This document shows positions 41,858 to 51,302 of a stretch of 64,000 nt of DNA, one piece after another. Position numbers and translations under genes: made by a program. Within the stretch, counting starts at the first letter, position 1. Each line of letters begins with the position of its first letter. The stretch lies in assembly GCA_963716255.1 (NCBI GenBank), contig OY970303.1, positions 8,000,001 through 8,064,000 on the forward strand, written 5' to 3'. A model generated the notes under the pieces. The model had not been told where the DNA came from and ran no database searches. It worked only from the letters and a program-made list of their open reading frames with translations. Origin of the DNA: an uncultured Gemmatimonadales bacterium (GTDB lineage Bacteria > Gemmatimonadota > Gemmatimonadetes > Longimicrobiales > Longimicrobiaceae).

Positions 41858-43642
41858 GTGAGCCTGGTCCGCGACGGGATCCCGGCCTCGCCGGGGATCG
41901 TGATCGCCCCGGCGCGCGTCCTCCGCTGGGAGGTGCCGCGCGTTCCCCACGGGGGCGTGGTCCCCGCGGACCAGGTGGAGCACGAGGTGGAGCGCTTCCG
42001 CGAGGCGCGCGAATGGGCGAAGGAGCGCATCCGCGAGCTGCAGGCGCGCACCGAGACGCTGATGGGGCGGGTGGAGGCGCAGATCTTCGAGCCGCAGATC
42101 CTGATGCTCGAGGACTCCGACCTGATCGAGGGGACCGTCTCGTACATCCGCGAGAACCACCTCACCGCGGAGCGCGCCTTCGAGTGGCGGGTGCTGGAGT
42201 GGGAGTCGCAGTGGTCGCACACCGCGCACCCCATGGTGCTCGACAAGCTCAACGACCTGGCCGACGTGCAGAACCGGGTGCTGCGGCGCCTGATGGGGAT
42301 GCCCGACCCGGAGCTGCGCTCGCGCGGCGGCGAGGACAAAGTGGTGCTGGTCGCCCACGACCTGACCCCCAGCCTCACCGTGCAGCTGGACCCGCGGCAG
42401 GTGGTGGGAATCGCCACCGACTCGGGGACGCGCGCCTCCCACAACTCCATCCTGGCGCGCTCGCTGGACATTCCCGCCGTGGTCAGCCTGGGCGACCTGT
42501 CCGACCGCGTTCGCGACGGCGACGAGATCATCCTGGACGGCCGCGCCGGGCGGGTCATCATCGGCCCCAGCGAGGAGGACAAGCACGCCTACCGCGAGCG
42601 CGACTTCCAGATCCGCGAGTGGGAGCAGGAGCTGCTCCTGCTGGCGCACCTGGAGTCGGTGACGCGCGACGGGTACCGGGTGCAGCTGCGCGCCAACATC
42701 GACCTTCCCGGCGAGGCCGCCTCCGCGCGGGCCCACGGGGCGGAGGGGGTGGGTCTGTACCGCACCGAGTTCCTGGTGGTGGGGCGCGGCGCCGCGCCCG
42801 GCGAGGAAGAGCAGTTCCAGGCGTACTCGCTGGTGACCCGGGTCTTCCCGCACGTCCCGGTGATCATCCGCACCTACGACCTGGGCGGCGACAAGTTCCC
42901 GGCGTTCATGCACATGGCGGCCGAGGACAACCCCTTCCTGGGGTGGCGGGCCATCCGCGTCTGCCTGGACGAGCCGGCGATGTTCCGCGGGCAGCTCCGC
43001 GCGCTCCTGCGGGCCGCCGCGCACGCCGACGTGCGCATCATGATCCCGCTGGTCAACGAAGTCTCCGAGGTGCTGGACACCCGCCGCCACATCGACGAGT
43101 GCCTGGAGGAGCTGCGCGCGGAGGGGCACGCCGTCCCGGAGCGCTACTCGCTGGGCGCCATGATCGAGACCCCGGCGGCGGCCATGTCCGCGCCGGAGCT
43201 CGCCCGGCACGTGGACTTCTTCTCCATCGGCACCAACGACCTCACGCAGTACACCCTGGCGGTGGACCGCGGCAACTCGCGCCTGTCCAAGCTCTTCAAC
43301 CCCTTCCACCCGGCGGTGGTGCGGCTGATGGGTCTGGTCACCGATGCCGGGCGCGCGGCGGGGATCGAGGTGGGGGTGTGCGGCGAGTTCGCGGCGCACC
43401 CCCTGGGCGCTTTTCTGATGATCGGGCTGGGCGTGCACTCGCTCAGCGTGGGCCCCTCGGCGCTCGCCGAGATCAAGAAGGTGATCCGCTCCGTGTCGCG
43501 CGAGGAGGCCGCCGCCGCCGCGCGCGAGGCCCTCGCCGCGGGCACCCCCGCGGAGGTCATCGAGGTGCTCGGCCGGCACGCCGAGGACTGGATCGACCTG
43601 ACCCGCTTCATGGCCGCCTGGAACTTGTCGGCCACCGCGTAG
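41858..43642 (+). CDS. ptsI: PTS enzyme I
   Basis: [42 protein letters not shown]. Confidence 0.95.
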   Translation: MSLVRDGIPASPGIVIAPARVLRWEVPRVPHGGVVPADQVEHEVERFREAREWAKERIRELQARTETLMGRVEAQIFEPQILMLEDSDLIEGTVSYIRENHLTAERAFEWRVLEWESQWSHTAHPMVLDKLNDLADVQNRVLRRLMGMPDPELRSRGGEDKVVLVAHDLTPSLTVQLDPRQVVGIATDSGTRASHNSILARSLDIPAVVSLGDLSDRVRDGDEIILDGRAGRVIIGPSEEDKHAYRERDFQIREWEQELLLLAHLESVTRDGYRVQLRANIDLPGEAASARAHGAEGVGLYRTEFLVVGRGAAPGEEEQFQAYSLVTRVFPHVPVIIRTYDLGGDKFPAFMHMAAEDNPFLGWRAIRVCLDEPAMFRGQLRALLRAAAHADVRIMIPLVNEVSEVLDTRRHIDECLEELRAEGHAVPERYSLGAMIETPAAAMSAPELARHVDFFSIGTNDLTQYTLAVDRGNSRLSKLFNPFHPAVVRLMGLVTDAGRAAGIEVGVCGEFAAHPLGAFLMIGLGVHSLSVGPSALAEIKKVIRSVSREEAAAAAREALAAGTPAEVIEVLGRHAEDWIDLTRFMAAWNLSATA

Positions 43643-43703
43643 GGTGGTATCTTCGACGCTTCGAACGCCTTACGTCCCAAGCGAATCCCAACAAGGAGCC
43701 CGC

Positions 43704-44882
43704 GTGGCGCAGCGCCAGCTCTTCACGTCCGAGTCGGTCACCGAGGGCCACCCCGACAAGATCGCCGACCAGATCTCCGACTCCGTGCTGGACGCGATCC
43801 TGGCGGAAGACCCCACCGGCCGCGTGGCCTGCGAGACGCTGGTGACCACCGGCGTCGCCGTGGTGGCGGGCGAGATCACCACCGCCACCTACGTGGACAT
43901 CCCGGCCATCGTCCGGGGCACGCTCAAGTCCATCGGCTACACGGACGCGCAGTACGGCATCGACAGCCACACCTGCGCGGTGATCACGACCATCGACCGG
44001 CAGTCGCCGGACATCGCCATGGGCGTGGATACCGGCGGCGCGGGCGACCAGGGGATGATGTTCGGCTACGCCTCGGACGAGAACGAGGCGCTCATGCCCA
44101 CCCCCATCCTGCTGGCGCACCGCCTGGCCGAGCGGCTGGCCGCGGTGCGCAAGAACGGCAGGCTCGGCTGGCTCCGGCCGGACGGCAAGACGCAGGTGTC
44201 GGTGGAGTACGAGGGCGACCGCCCGGTGCGGGTGGACACGGTGGTGGTGTCCACGCAGCACGACCCGGAGGCCACCAACGAGCAGATCCGCGCCGAGGTC
44301 ATCGAGCACGTGGTGCAGCCGGTGCTGGAGCCGGTCGGGTTCTGGGACCCGGAGGCGACCACGTTCCACATCAACCCCACCGGCCGCTTCGTGATCGGCG
44401 GGCCGCACGGCGACGCGGGGCTCACCGGCCGCAAGATCATCGTGGACACGTACGGGGGGATGGGCCGCCACGGCGGCGGCGCCTTCAGCGGCAAGGACCC
44501 CACCAAGGTGGACCGCTCCGCCGCGTACGCAGCCCGCTGGGCCGCGAAGCACGTGGTTGCCGCCGGGCTGGCGCGCCGCTGCGAGATCCAGCTCGCCTAC
44601 GCCATCGGCGTGCGGGAGCCGGTGTCGGTGCGGGTGGACACCTTCGGGACGGCCACGGTGCCCGAGGGCGCCATCGAGCGGGCGCTGCGCGACGTCTTCG
44701 ACTTCACCCCCAAGGGGATCATCGAGGCGCTGCTGCTCCGCAACCCCATCTACCGCCCCACGGCGGCGTACGGCCACTTCGGGCGGACCTCCGAGGAGGC
44801 GGGCGACGGGCGCAAGGTGCTCCTCTTCCCGTGGGAGCGGACCGAGCGGGCGGACGAGCTGCGCAGGGCCGCCGGCGCCTAG
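43704..44882 (+). CDS. metK: S-adenosylmethionine synthetase
   Basis: [31 protein letters not shown] start after AAGGAG. Confidence 0.97.
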   Translation: MAQRQLFTSESVTEGHPDKIADQISDSVLDAILAEDPTGRVACETLVTTGVAVVAGEITTATYVDIPAIVRGTLKSIGYTDAQYGIDSHTCAVITTIDRQSPDIAMGVDTGGAGDQGMMFGYASDENEALMPTPILLAHRLAERLAAVRKNGRLGWLRPDGKTQVSVEYEGDRPVRVDTVVVSTQHDPEATNEQIRAEVIEHVVQPVLEPVGFWDPEATTFHINPTGRFVIGGPHGDAGLTGRKIIVDTYGGMGRHGGGAFSGKDPTKVDRSAAYAARWAAKHVVAAGLARRCEIQLAYAIGVREPVSVRVDTFGTATVPEGAIERALRDVFDFTPKGIIEALLLRNPIYRPTAAYGHFGRTSEEAGDGRKVLLFPWERTERADELRRAAGA

Positions 44883-45015
44883 CCTCGGATCCGGTGGGAC
44901 GCAGGGACCCCCTCCGGGCGGCCCCGGTGAACGGCGAACGTCATCGCGGAGGTGGAGGCGCCGGGGGCGAGGGATCCCCGGTGCCGTCCACCTTCGTTCA
45001 TGAAGGCAGGGAACC

Positions 45016-45561
45016 ATGATCCAGATCCGTGTCCAGAGCCTGGGGCTCGACCAGACCTCGAAGACGCCCGTGGTCATCCTCCAGGAGGTGGACGGGGCGC
45101 GCATCCTCCCCATCTGGATCGGCCCGGCGGAGGCGAGCGCCATCGCCATGGAGCTGGCGGGGATGAAGTTCTCCCGCCCGCTCACCCACGACCTGTTCCC
45201 CTCGCTGATCCGCGGGCTGGGGGGGACGCTCACGCGGGTGCTGATCACCCGCGTGCAGGACAACACCTACTTCGCCGAGATGGTGATCCGCCGCGGCGAC
45301 GAGGTGTTCACGGTGGACGCACGGCCGTCGGACTCCATCGCCATCGCGCTGCGCCTGCAGGCCGAGCTGTACACCAGCGACGACCTGCTTTCCGGCACCA
45401 CCGTGCAGTTCGCGGAAACCGACGAGGGCGAGACGGAGGGGCTGTTGGGGAGCATGCCCGCGGAGGAGGAGCAGCCCCCGGAAAGCACCATGACCCCCGA
45501 GCAGCTCAAGGAGCACCTGAAGAAGATGAACCCGGAAGACCTGGGGCGGTTCAACCCTTGA
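45016..45561 (+). CDS. Bifunctional nuclease family protein (DUF151)
   Basis: LPIWIG..EA..IA, RPLTHDL, DARPSDSIA. Confidence 0.9.
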   Translation: MIQIRVQSLGLDQTSKTPVVILQEVDGARILPIWIGPAEASAIAMELAGMKFSRPLTHDLFPSLIRGLGGTLTRVLITRVQDNTYFAEMVIRRGDEVFTVDARPSDSIAIALRLQAELYTSDDLLSGTTVQFAETDEGETEGLLGSMPAEEEQPPESTMTPEQLKEHLKKMNPEDLGRFNP

Positions 45562-45566
45562 GCGCC

Positions 45567-46514
45567 ATGCGTCCGGTCCTGCTCGCTCTCCTGCTCGCGG
45601 CCGCCGCCGCCTCGCCGGCCGCCTCCCAGCAGCGGCTCCTGGGGCGCGTGCTCCTGGGCGGCGCGCCCGTGCCCGGCGTGCCGGTGACGCTGCACCGCGT
45701 CACCGCCGACTCGTCCGGCCCCGTGGGCAGCGGGAGCACCGCGCCGGACGGCTCGTTCGTGCTGGCGCTCCCCCCGGCCGACACTTCCAGGGGCTTCAGC
45801 GTCTTCTTCGCCACCGCGGAGTTCCGGGGCGTCCGCTACTTCGGGCCGCCGCTCCATCCGGGGGACGCGGGAACCGGATACGCCGTCGAGGTGTTCGACA
45901 CCGCTTCCGCCTCGCGCTCTCCCGGCGCGGTGCGGGTGGCACGGCGCGACGTGATCGTCCTCCCGGAGGAGGACGGGAGCGCCGAGGTCAACGAGATCGT
46001 CCGCATCCGCAACTCGGCGAAGCAGGCGCTCGTCCTGGGGTCGGGCGCCTCCACCTGGGAATTCCGCATCCCCCGGGGGGTGGTCGCCTTCGAGGTGGGC
46101 GACGGGCAGATCGCCCCGGACGCGGTGGTGCGGCGCGACGACCGGGTGCTGGTGACGGCGACGATCCCGCCGGGCGAGCAGGAGCTTTTCGTACGCTACC
46201 GGCTGGCGCGCGGGACCACCCGCACCGAGCTGCCGGTGACGGCGGCCACCGACTCCATGAGCCTGTTCGTCCGCCAGCCGGCCCCGGAGACCGTGGTCCG
46301 CGGGCTGGCCGCGCCGGTGGCGGTGCAGGCCGAGGGCGACAGCTTCCTGCGCTACAACGGCGCCGGGCTGGGCCCCCGCTCCGCGGTGGTGATGGAGTGG
46401 GACAACCCCGGCGTGCCGCCGGTGGACCCGCGCTTCGCCGCGGTGGGCGCGGCCGGGCTGGTGCTCGCGGCCGGGGCGGGGCTGGCGCTGCGCCGGCGGC
46501 CGCCCCCGGCGTGA
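45567..46514 (+). CDS. Exported protein with carboxypeptidase-regulatory-like N-domain and C-terminal TM anchor
   Basis: Signal peptide; PVPGVPVTL..TAPDGSF; C-terminal hydrophobic helix followed by RRR. Confidence 0.7.
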   Translation: MRPVLLALLLAAAAASPAASQQRLLGRVLLGGAPVPGVPVTLHRVTADSSGPVGSGSTAPDGSFVLALPPADTSRGFSVFFATAEFRGVRYFGPPLHPGDAGTGYAVEVFDTASASRSPGAVRVARRDVIVLPEEDGSAEVNEIVRIRNSAKQALVLGSGASTWEFRIPRGVVAFEVGDGQIAPDAVVRRDDRVLVTATIPPGEQELFVRYRLARGTTRTELPVTAATDSMSLFVRQPAPETVVRGLAAPVAVQAEGDSFLRYNGAGLGPRSAVVMEWDNPGVPPVDPRFAAVGAAGLVLAAGAGLALRRRPPPA

Positions 46515-46524
46515 CCGCGGCGCC

Positions 46525-47265
46525 GTGCCCCTCGTCGTCGCGCGGTCGCTGGTCCTCCAGTCGTTTCCGTACAGCGAGACGAGCAAGATCCTGCGCCTGT
46601 TCACCCGCGAGGCGGGGGTGCGCTCGGTGATCGCAAAGGGCGCGCTGCGCCCGCGGAGCCGCTTCGGCGGGGTGCTGGAGCCCTTCACCGGGGGGACCGC
46701 GCACTTCCACCTCAAGGAGGGACGCGACCTGCACACGCTCTCCGGCTTCGACCTGGTCCGCAGCCGCCAGGCGCTGGGGCGCGACCTGGTCGCCTTCGCC
46801 GGGGCCTCGCTGGTGGCCGAGCTGGTCCTGCGCTTCGCCACCGAGGAGCCGCACGAGGACCTGTGGGACGCGGTGGAGGAATCGCTCGACGCCATCATGG
46901 CGGCGGAGGGGCAGGGAACCGAGCGCGCCGCGCTGGCCGCGGCCTGGCACGTGGTGGCGCTGCTGGGCTTCGCGCCGCAGACGGAGATGTGCATCGCCTG
47001 CGGCCGCGCGCTGGACGACGACGAGCCGGTGCGCTTCGACGCCGAGGGCGGCGGGACCACCTGCCGCGAGTGCCGCCCGGCCGGCCGCGTCCTGGACGCG
47101 GCGACCCGCCGGGAGCTGCGCGACATGCTCCTGGGCGACGTGCCGGAAGCGAGCCGCGGCGAAAGGTCGGCGCACCGCGCGCTGCTGCGCACGTACCTGC
47201 CGGCGCAGTTCCAGCACGAGAGGCCGCTTCGCTCGCTGGAGCTTTTCCTCCAGCAGCTGGCCTGA
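46525..47265 (+). CDS. recO: DNA repair protein RecO
   Basis: YSETSKIL.LFT, AKGA, LEPF, CxxC..CxxC zinc finger. Confidence 0.92.
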   Translation: MPLVVARSLVLQSFPYSETSKILRLFTREAGVRSVIAKGALRPRSRFGGVLEPFTGGTAHFHLKEGRDLHTLSGFDLVRSRQALGRDLVAFAGASLVAELVLRFATEEPHEDLWDAVEESLDAIMAAEGQGTERAALAAAWHVVALLGFAPQTEMCIACGRALDDDEPVRFDAEGGGTTCRECRPAGRVLDAATRRELRDMLLGDVPEASRGERSAHRALLRTYLPAQFQHERPLRSLELFLQQLA

Positions 47266-47384
47266 ACACGACCATGCGACCACCGGACCGCCCGCCCGTG
47301 CCCGGCCCCGCCGGGGCGTGCCGCGCGGTCCCTTCCACACCGGAGGCCGGAGTGCCCTGAACCCACCCGAACGGCGAGGCGCAG

Positions 47385-47903
47385 ATGCGACGTGCACCTC
47401 CTGTTCTGCTCGCCCTGCTGGTGATCTACGGTTTCCTCTTCCCCCCCACCCTGCGCGCGCAGGACCCGGTGGAGCTGCCGGTGGTCGCGCGGCAGGCGAC
47501 AGGATTCCGCCTGGAGCAGAACGATCCCAACCCGTTCACGCGGGACACCTACATTCCCTTCACGCTGGAGGAGAGCCTTTTCCGGGACGGACGGCCGCAC
47601 CTGGTCACCATCCAGATCTTCAACGTGCTGAACCAGCTGGTCGCGGTGCCGCGGGCGCCCGACCATCCCCGCGGGAAGAACCTCCCCGTGCAGCAGCTCG
47701 CCTACACCGAACCGGGCCGCAAGCTGGCCTTCTGGGACGGGACGGACACGCGGGGGCGCCGGGTGACGCCGGGGGTCTACTACTGCCAGCTGGTGGTGGA
47801 CCGGCAGCAGCCGAAGATGGTCAAGATGATCGTGACGAGCCCGAGGAGAAGGTCCCGGATCCAAATTCCCTGGTTTGGACGTGAAAGAAGCCGGCCCGAG
47901 TGA
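47385..47903 (+). CDS. Secreted stand-alone FlgD-Ig / secretion-tail-like domain protein
   Basis: Signal peptide; LEQNDPNPF, IFNVLNQLV, WDGTD..G..VTPGVYY. Confidence 0.75.
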   Translation: MRRAPPVLLALLVIYGFLFPPTLRAQDPVELPVVARQATGFRLEQNDPNPFTRDTYIPFTLEESLFRDGRPHLVTIQIFNVLNQLVAVPRAPDHPRGKNLPVQQLAYTEPGRKLAFWDGTDTRGRRVTPGVYYCQLVVDRQQPKMVKMIVTSPRRRSRIQIPWFGRERSRPE

Positions 47904-47936
47904 TTTTGCGCTCGCGGGCCGGCTTCTTCGTTTTTA
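47886..47936 (+). terminator. Putative intrinsic terminator
   Basis: AAGAAGCCGGCCCG..CGGGCCGGCTTCTT followed by GTTTTT. Confidence 0.55.
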
Positions 47937-47953
47937 CGGCTTACGGCTGGGTT

Positions 47954-48082
47954 GGGCGTGCCCCCGGCGGGCGCCGGGGTCGGGCTTCGGCTCCGTAAGC
48001 CCGCAAACAACGCGGGCTAACGGAGTCGAGCCCGCGCAAACAGCCGCGCGGTCTCGCCCCTTCGGGCCGAAATCCCTCACGC
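47954..48082 (+). repeat. ~130-nt structured repeat, copy 5
   Basis: GGGCGTGCCCCCGGC...GTCGGGCTTCGG...CCGAAATCCCTCACGC. Confidence 0.9.
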
Positions 48083-48109
48083 GGGACTCGCGCTGGCGTC
48101 CGCGGGAGA

Positions 48110-48162
48110 CCCCACCCGGCTCGCTTGGGGCTCGCCACCCTCCCCCAATTCTGGGGGAGGGC
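48110..48162 (+). repeat. REP-like palindrome
   Basis: Close reverse-complement match to 38049-38102. Confidence 0.7.
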
Positions 48163-48373
48163 TTCCTGTCGGTCCGGGTCGTTGCCGTTGCGATCTGCGC
48201 CGGGAGGTCGGGGGAGGGTCCGCAGGCGGTGCGCTTGTTCGAAGCCAGCGTGATCCCACCCTCGCTCCAGCGGCGGGCGAGTTTCGCACCGCCGAAGGAG
48301 ACTTCCCCGGCCGACCCCAAACGCCGGAGCCTGCCGGAACCCCGTTGCCGTTCCGCAGTACCCCCCGAAATCA

Positions 48374-48495
48374 GTACGGGAGGAGACTCGCCGGTCGTTT
48401 GGCGAGGCTCCTCCCGTGCGCAGGGAGACCCGGAGGTCGTTTTCCGGGGCTCCCGGAGCCCCCGCAGGAGACCGGCAGCAGTACCGCCGGGCTCC
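48374..48495. repeat. Three tandem GGAGAC-stem-loop-stem-GGCTCC hairpins
   Basis: 48374-48419, 48423-48454, 48467-48495; the first two share loop GGTCGTTT. Confidence 0.75.
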
Positions 48496-48525
48496 GGAGG
48501 GGTCCCGCATCAAGCCGACGAACGC

Positions 48526-48888
48526 CTAGTCGATCAGGTACAGGAACCGGCCGCAGTTGTCGCAGTGGCTGATCTCGCGGTTGCGGTCGGCGTCGGAGGC
48601 GACGGCGGTGGGGATGGAAACGAAGCACCCGTAGCAGGTGCCCCCGATGACCGGGACCACCGCGCGCGGGTGGCGGCCGGCCATGCGGAGGTAGCGGCCG
48701 CGCACCGCCGGGGCGAGCGACTCCTCCATCTCGCCGATCTTCTCGTCCAGCTGGCGGAGGGCATCGTCGATGCTGATGCCGAAGACCTCCTCCTCCACCT
48801 GGCGCTCGGAGGACGCGGCCTCCAGCTCCTTGCGCTGGGTCTTCAGGTCCTGGATCTCGAGCAGGATCTCGAGCTGCGGATTCATCAT
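48526..48888 (-). CDS. C4-type zinc-ribbon domain protein (DUF164-like)
   Basis: Coiled coil then AVVPVIGGTCYGC..CDNCGRFLY. Confidence 0.85.
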   Translation of the reverse strand: MMNPQLEILLEIQDLKTQRKELEAASSERQVEEEVFGISIDDALRQLDEKIGEMEESLAPAVRGRYLRMAGRHPRAVVPVIGGTCYGCFVSIPTAVASDADRNREISHCDNCGRFLYLID

Positions 48889-48905
48889 TGGTCTCTCGTC
48901 CTCCC

Positions 48906-49358
48906 TCAGACGCCCTTTTCGTCGAGCAGCCCCAGGAACTCCTTGCCCGACGAGAGCTCCCCCAGCCGCTGCGCGACGTCGGGCTCCTTGGAGAACTGGG
49001 CGATCTTCCCCAGGACGGGGAGGTACTGGTTCGATACTTCCAAGGGCGGCGCCACGATCAGGAAGAAGTTGTAGACGGGCTGCTCGTCGATGGCCTTGAA
49101 GTCCACGCCCTGCCGCTTGCGCCCGAAGGCCACGCGGAGCCGGTTGACCACCAGGGAGCGGCAGTGGGGGATGGCGATGCCCTTGCCGATCCCGGTGGAG
49201 CCCAGGTTCTCGCGCCGCTTGAGCATCTTGTAGAGGATGGCCTGGGACTTGTCGTCGAGCCCCAGGAGGGCGATGAGCTCCTTCAATATCTCGTCCTTGG
49301 TCTCCCCCTGGAGATCAAGGCTAACCGAATCCTCGGTAAAGAACTCCCGAAGTTCCAT
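48906..49358 (-). CDS. ptsN: PTS EIIA (Ntr/fructose-type)
   Basis: RENLGSTGIGKGIAIPH. Confidence 0.88.
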   Translation of the reverse strand: MELREFFTEDSVSLDLQGETKDEILKELIALLGLDDKSQAILYKMLKRRENLGSTGIGKGIAIPHCRSLVVNRLRVAFGRKRQGVDFKAIDEQPVYNFFLIVAPPLEVSNQYLPVLGKIAQFSKEPDVAQRLGELSSGKEFLGLLDEKGV

Positions 49359-49514
49359 GTCGTCTTATCCTCTCGTATGTTTCCCGAACGCGTACGGGCT
49401 GCGTGAAGGCTGGCAATGTAAGTGCCACCGCGTAGCCTGTCAAAATTCAACCACTTCCGGGGCGGGGGATCGGGCGCGGTTGAAGCGGGAGGCCTAAACG
49501 GGTATATTTCAAGG

Positions 49515-50510
49515 ATGTTCACGAACCCCGTAGACCTGCTCCGCAGCGGCTCCGTGCCGCTCTACCTGGCGCCCCAGGCCGGCGTCAGCGAGTCCCCGTT
49601 CCGCCGGCTCTGCCGCGCGTTCGGGGCCGACGTCGTGGTGTCCGAGTTCGTTTCGGCGGAGGGAATCCGCCGCAACGACCGCAAGACGCACGGCTTCCTG
49701 CGCTTCCACGACGACGAGCGCCCCATCGGCATCCAGATCTTCGGGGCGGACCCGGAGGCCATGGCGCAGGCCGCGGCGCTGGTGCAGGAGGTGTACGAGC
49801 CGGACTTCCTGGACATCAACTTCGGCTGCCCGGTCAAGAAGGTGGTGAGCCGAAACGGCGGCTCCGGGTGCCTCCGCGACCTGGACCTGGTGCGCGACAT
49901 CATCCGCGCGGTCAAGGCCGCCATCTCCATCCCCACCACGGTCAAGATCCGCAGCGGGTGGAGCGAGGAGCTGCGCAACCCCGTGCAGATCGCCCTGCGC
50001 TGCCAGGACGCGGGCGCGGAGGTGCTCACGCTGCACGCCCGCACGCGCACGCAGATGTACAGCGGCACGGCCAGCTGGGACGAGATCGCGGCCGTCAAGG
50101 CGGCGCTGGACATCCCGGTCATCGGCAACGGCGACGTGTGGAGCGGCGGGGACGCGAAGCGCATGCGCGACCACACGGGGTGCGACGGGATCATGATCGC
50201 CCGCGGCTCGCACGGGGCGCCGTGGATCTTCCGGCAGGCGCGCGCCGCGCTCGACGGCCAGCCGGTTCCGCAAGACCCGGAGGCCGGGGAGCGCTTCCGC
50301 ATCGTGCTGGAGCACGCGCGGCTCGCCATCGCCTGGGGGGACGAGGAGGAAAAGGCGATGATCGAGTTCCGCAAGCACCTGGGGTGGTACACCAAGGGGC
50401 TCCCCAACGGCAAGGCGCTGCGGCAGGAGCTGTTCGCGGTGAAGCGGCTGGCGGAGGCGGAGCGGCTGCTGGAGGGATACCTGGAAGCGCACGAGGGAGC
50501 GGCGGTTTGA
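49515..50510 (+). CDS. dusB: tRNA-dihydrouridine synthase B
   Basis: LAPQAG, DINFGCP, VKIR.GW, LHART, GNGDV, RKHLGWY. Confidence 0.93.
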   Translation: MFTNPVDLLRSGSVPLYLAPQAGVSESPFRRLCRAFGADVVVSEFVSAEGIRRNDRKTHGFLRFHDDERPIGIQIFGADPEAMAQAAALVQEVYEPDFLDINFGCPVKKVVSRNGGSGCLRDLDLVRDIIRAVKAAISIPTTVKIRSGWSEELRNPVQIALRCQDAGAEVLTLHARTRTQMYSGTASWDEIAAVKAALDIPVIGNGDVWSGGDAKRMRDHTGCDGIMIARGSHGAPWIFRQARAALDGQPVPQDPEAGERFRIVLEHARLAIAWGDEEEKAMIEFRKHLGWYTKGLPNGKALRQELFAVKRLAEAERLLEGYLEAHEGAAV

Positions 50511-51268
50511 CGCCCGAGCGGCTGCGGTCCCTGCTGGCGGGGGTGGCGGAGGGGCGGACCTCGCCGGCGGAGGCGGAGCGCGCGCTGGCCTGGGCCCCGG
50601 TGGAGGCGACGGCGTTCGCCACGGTGGACCACCACCGGGCGCTGCGGCAGGGCTACCCGGAGGTGGTGTTCGGGGAAGGGAAGACGCCGGAGCAGACCGT
50701 GGAGATCGCGCGGCGGATCGCGGCGCGCGGCGACGGCTGCCTGGTGACGCGCGTCCCTCCGGCCGCGGCGGACGCGCTCCTCGCCGCCGTGCCGGAGGTG
50801 GAGCTCAACCCGCTCGGCCGCACCGCGTACCTGGCGCCCGCGGAGCCGCTCGTCCGGCGCGTGCGCGGGCGGGTGCTGATCGTGACGGCGGGGACGAGCG
50901 ACCTGCCGGTGGCGGAGGAGGCGGCGGTCACCGCGCGCGCCTTCGGCAACCCGGTGGAGCGGCTGACCGACGTGGGCGTGGCCGGGCTGCACCGGGTGCT
51001 CGCGGCGCGGGACGCGCTGCTGGACGCGGCGGTGGTGATCGTGGTGGCGGGGATGGAGGGGGCGCTCCCCTCGGTGGTGGGCGGGCTGGTGGCCGCGCCG
51101 GTGATCGCCGTCCCCACCAGCGTGGGCTACGGCGCCTCCTTCGGCGGGCTTTCGGCGCTGCTGGGGATGCTGAACTCCTGCGCCTCCGGGATCACCGTGG
51201 TGAACATCGACAACGGCTTCGGCGCGGCGGCCGCCGCCTCGCGCATCAACCTGCTTCCCGCGGACTGA
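50507..51268 (+). CDS. larB: Nickel-pincer cofactor biosynthesis LarB (PurE-like)
   Basis: DHHR..RQGYPEVVFGEGKT, AGTSDLPV, GMEGAL, PTSVGYG, VVNIDNGFGA. Confidence 0.92.
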   Translation: MTPERLRSLLAGVAEGRTSPAEAERALAWAPVEATAFATVDHHRALRQGYPEVVFGEGKTPEQTVEIARRIAARGDGCLVTRVPPAAADALLAAVPEVELNPLGRTAYLAPAEPLVRRVRGRVLIVTAGTSDLPVAEEAAVTARAFGNPVERLTDVGVAGLHRVLAARDALLDAAVVIVVAGMEGALPSVVGGLVAAPVIAVPTSVGYGASFGGLSALLGMLNSCASGITVVNIDNGFGAAAAASRINLLPAD

Positions 51269-51302
51269 GATCGCACCCCGGGCCCTCCCCGCCGACCGGC
51301 GA

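Noticed and set aside
43643..43703. SAM riboswitch before metK
   Set aside because: Only ~60 nt and no SAM-I/II core motifs
48200..48525. RNase P RNA downstream of the zinc-ribbon gene
   Set aside because: No GAGGAAAGTCC signature on either strand
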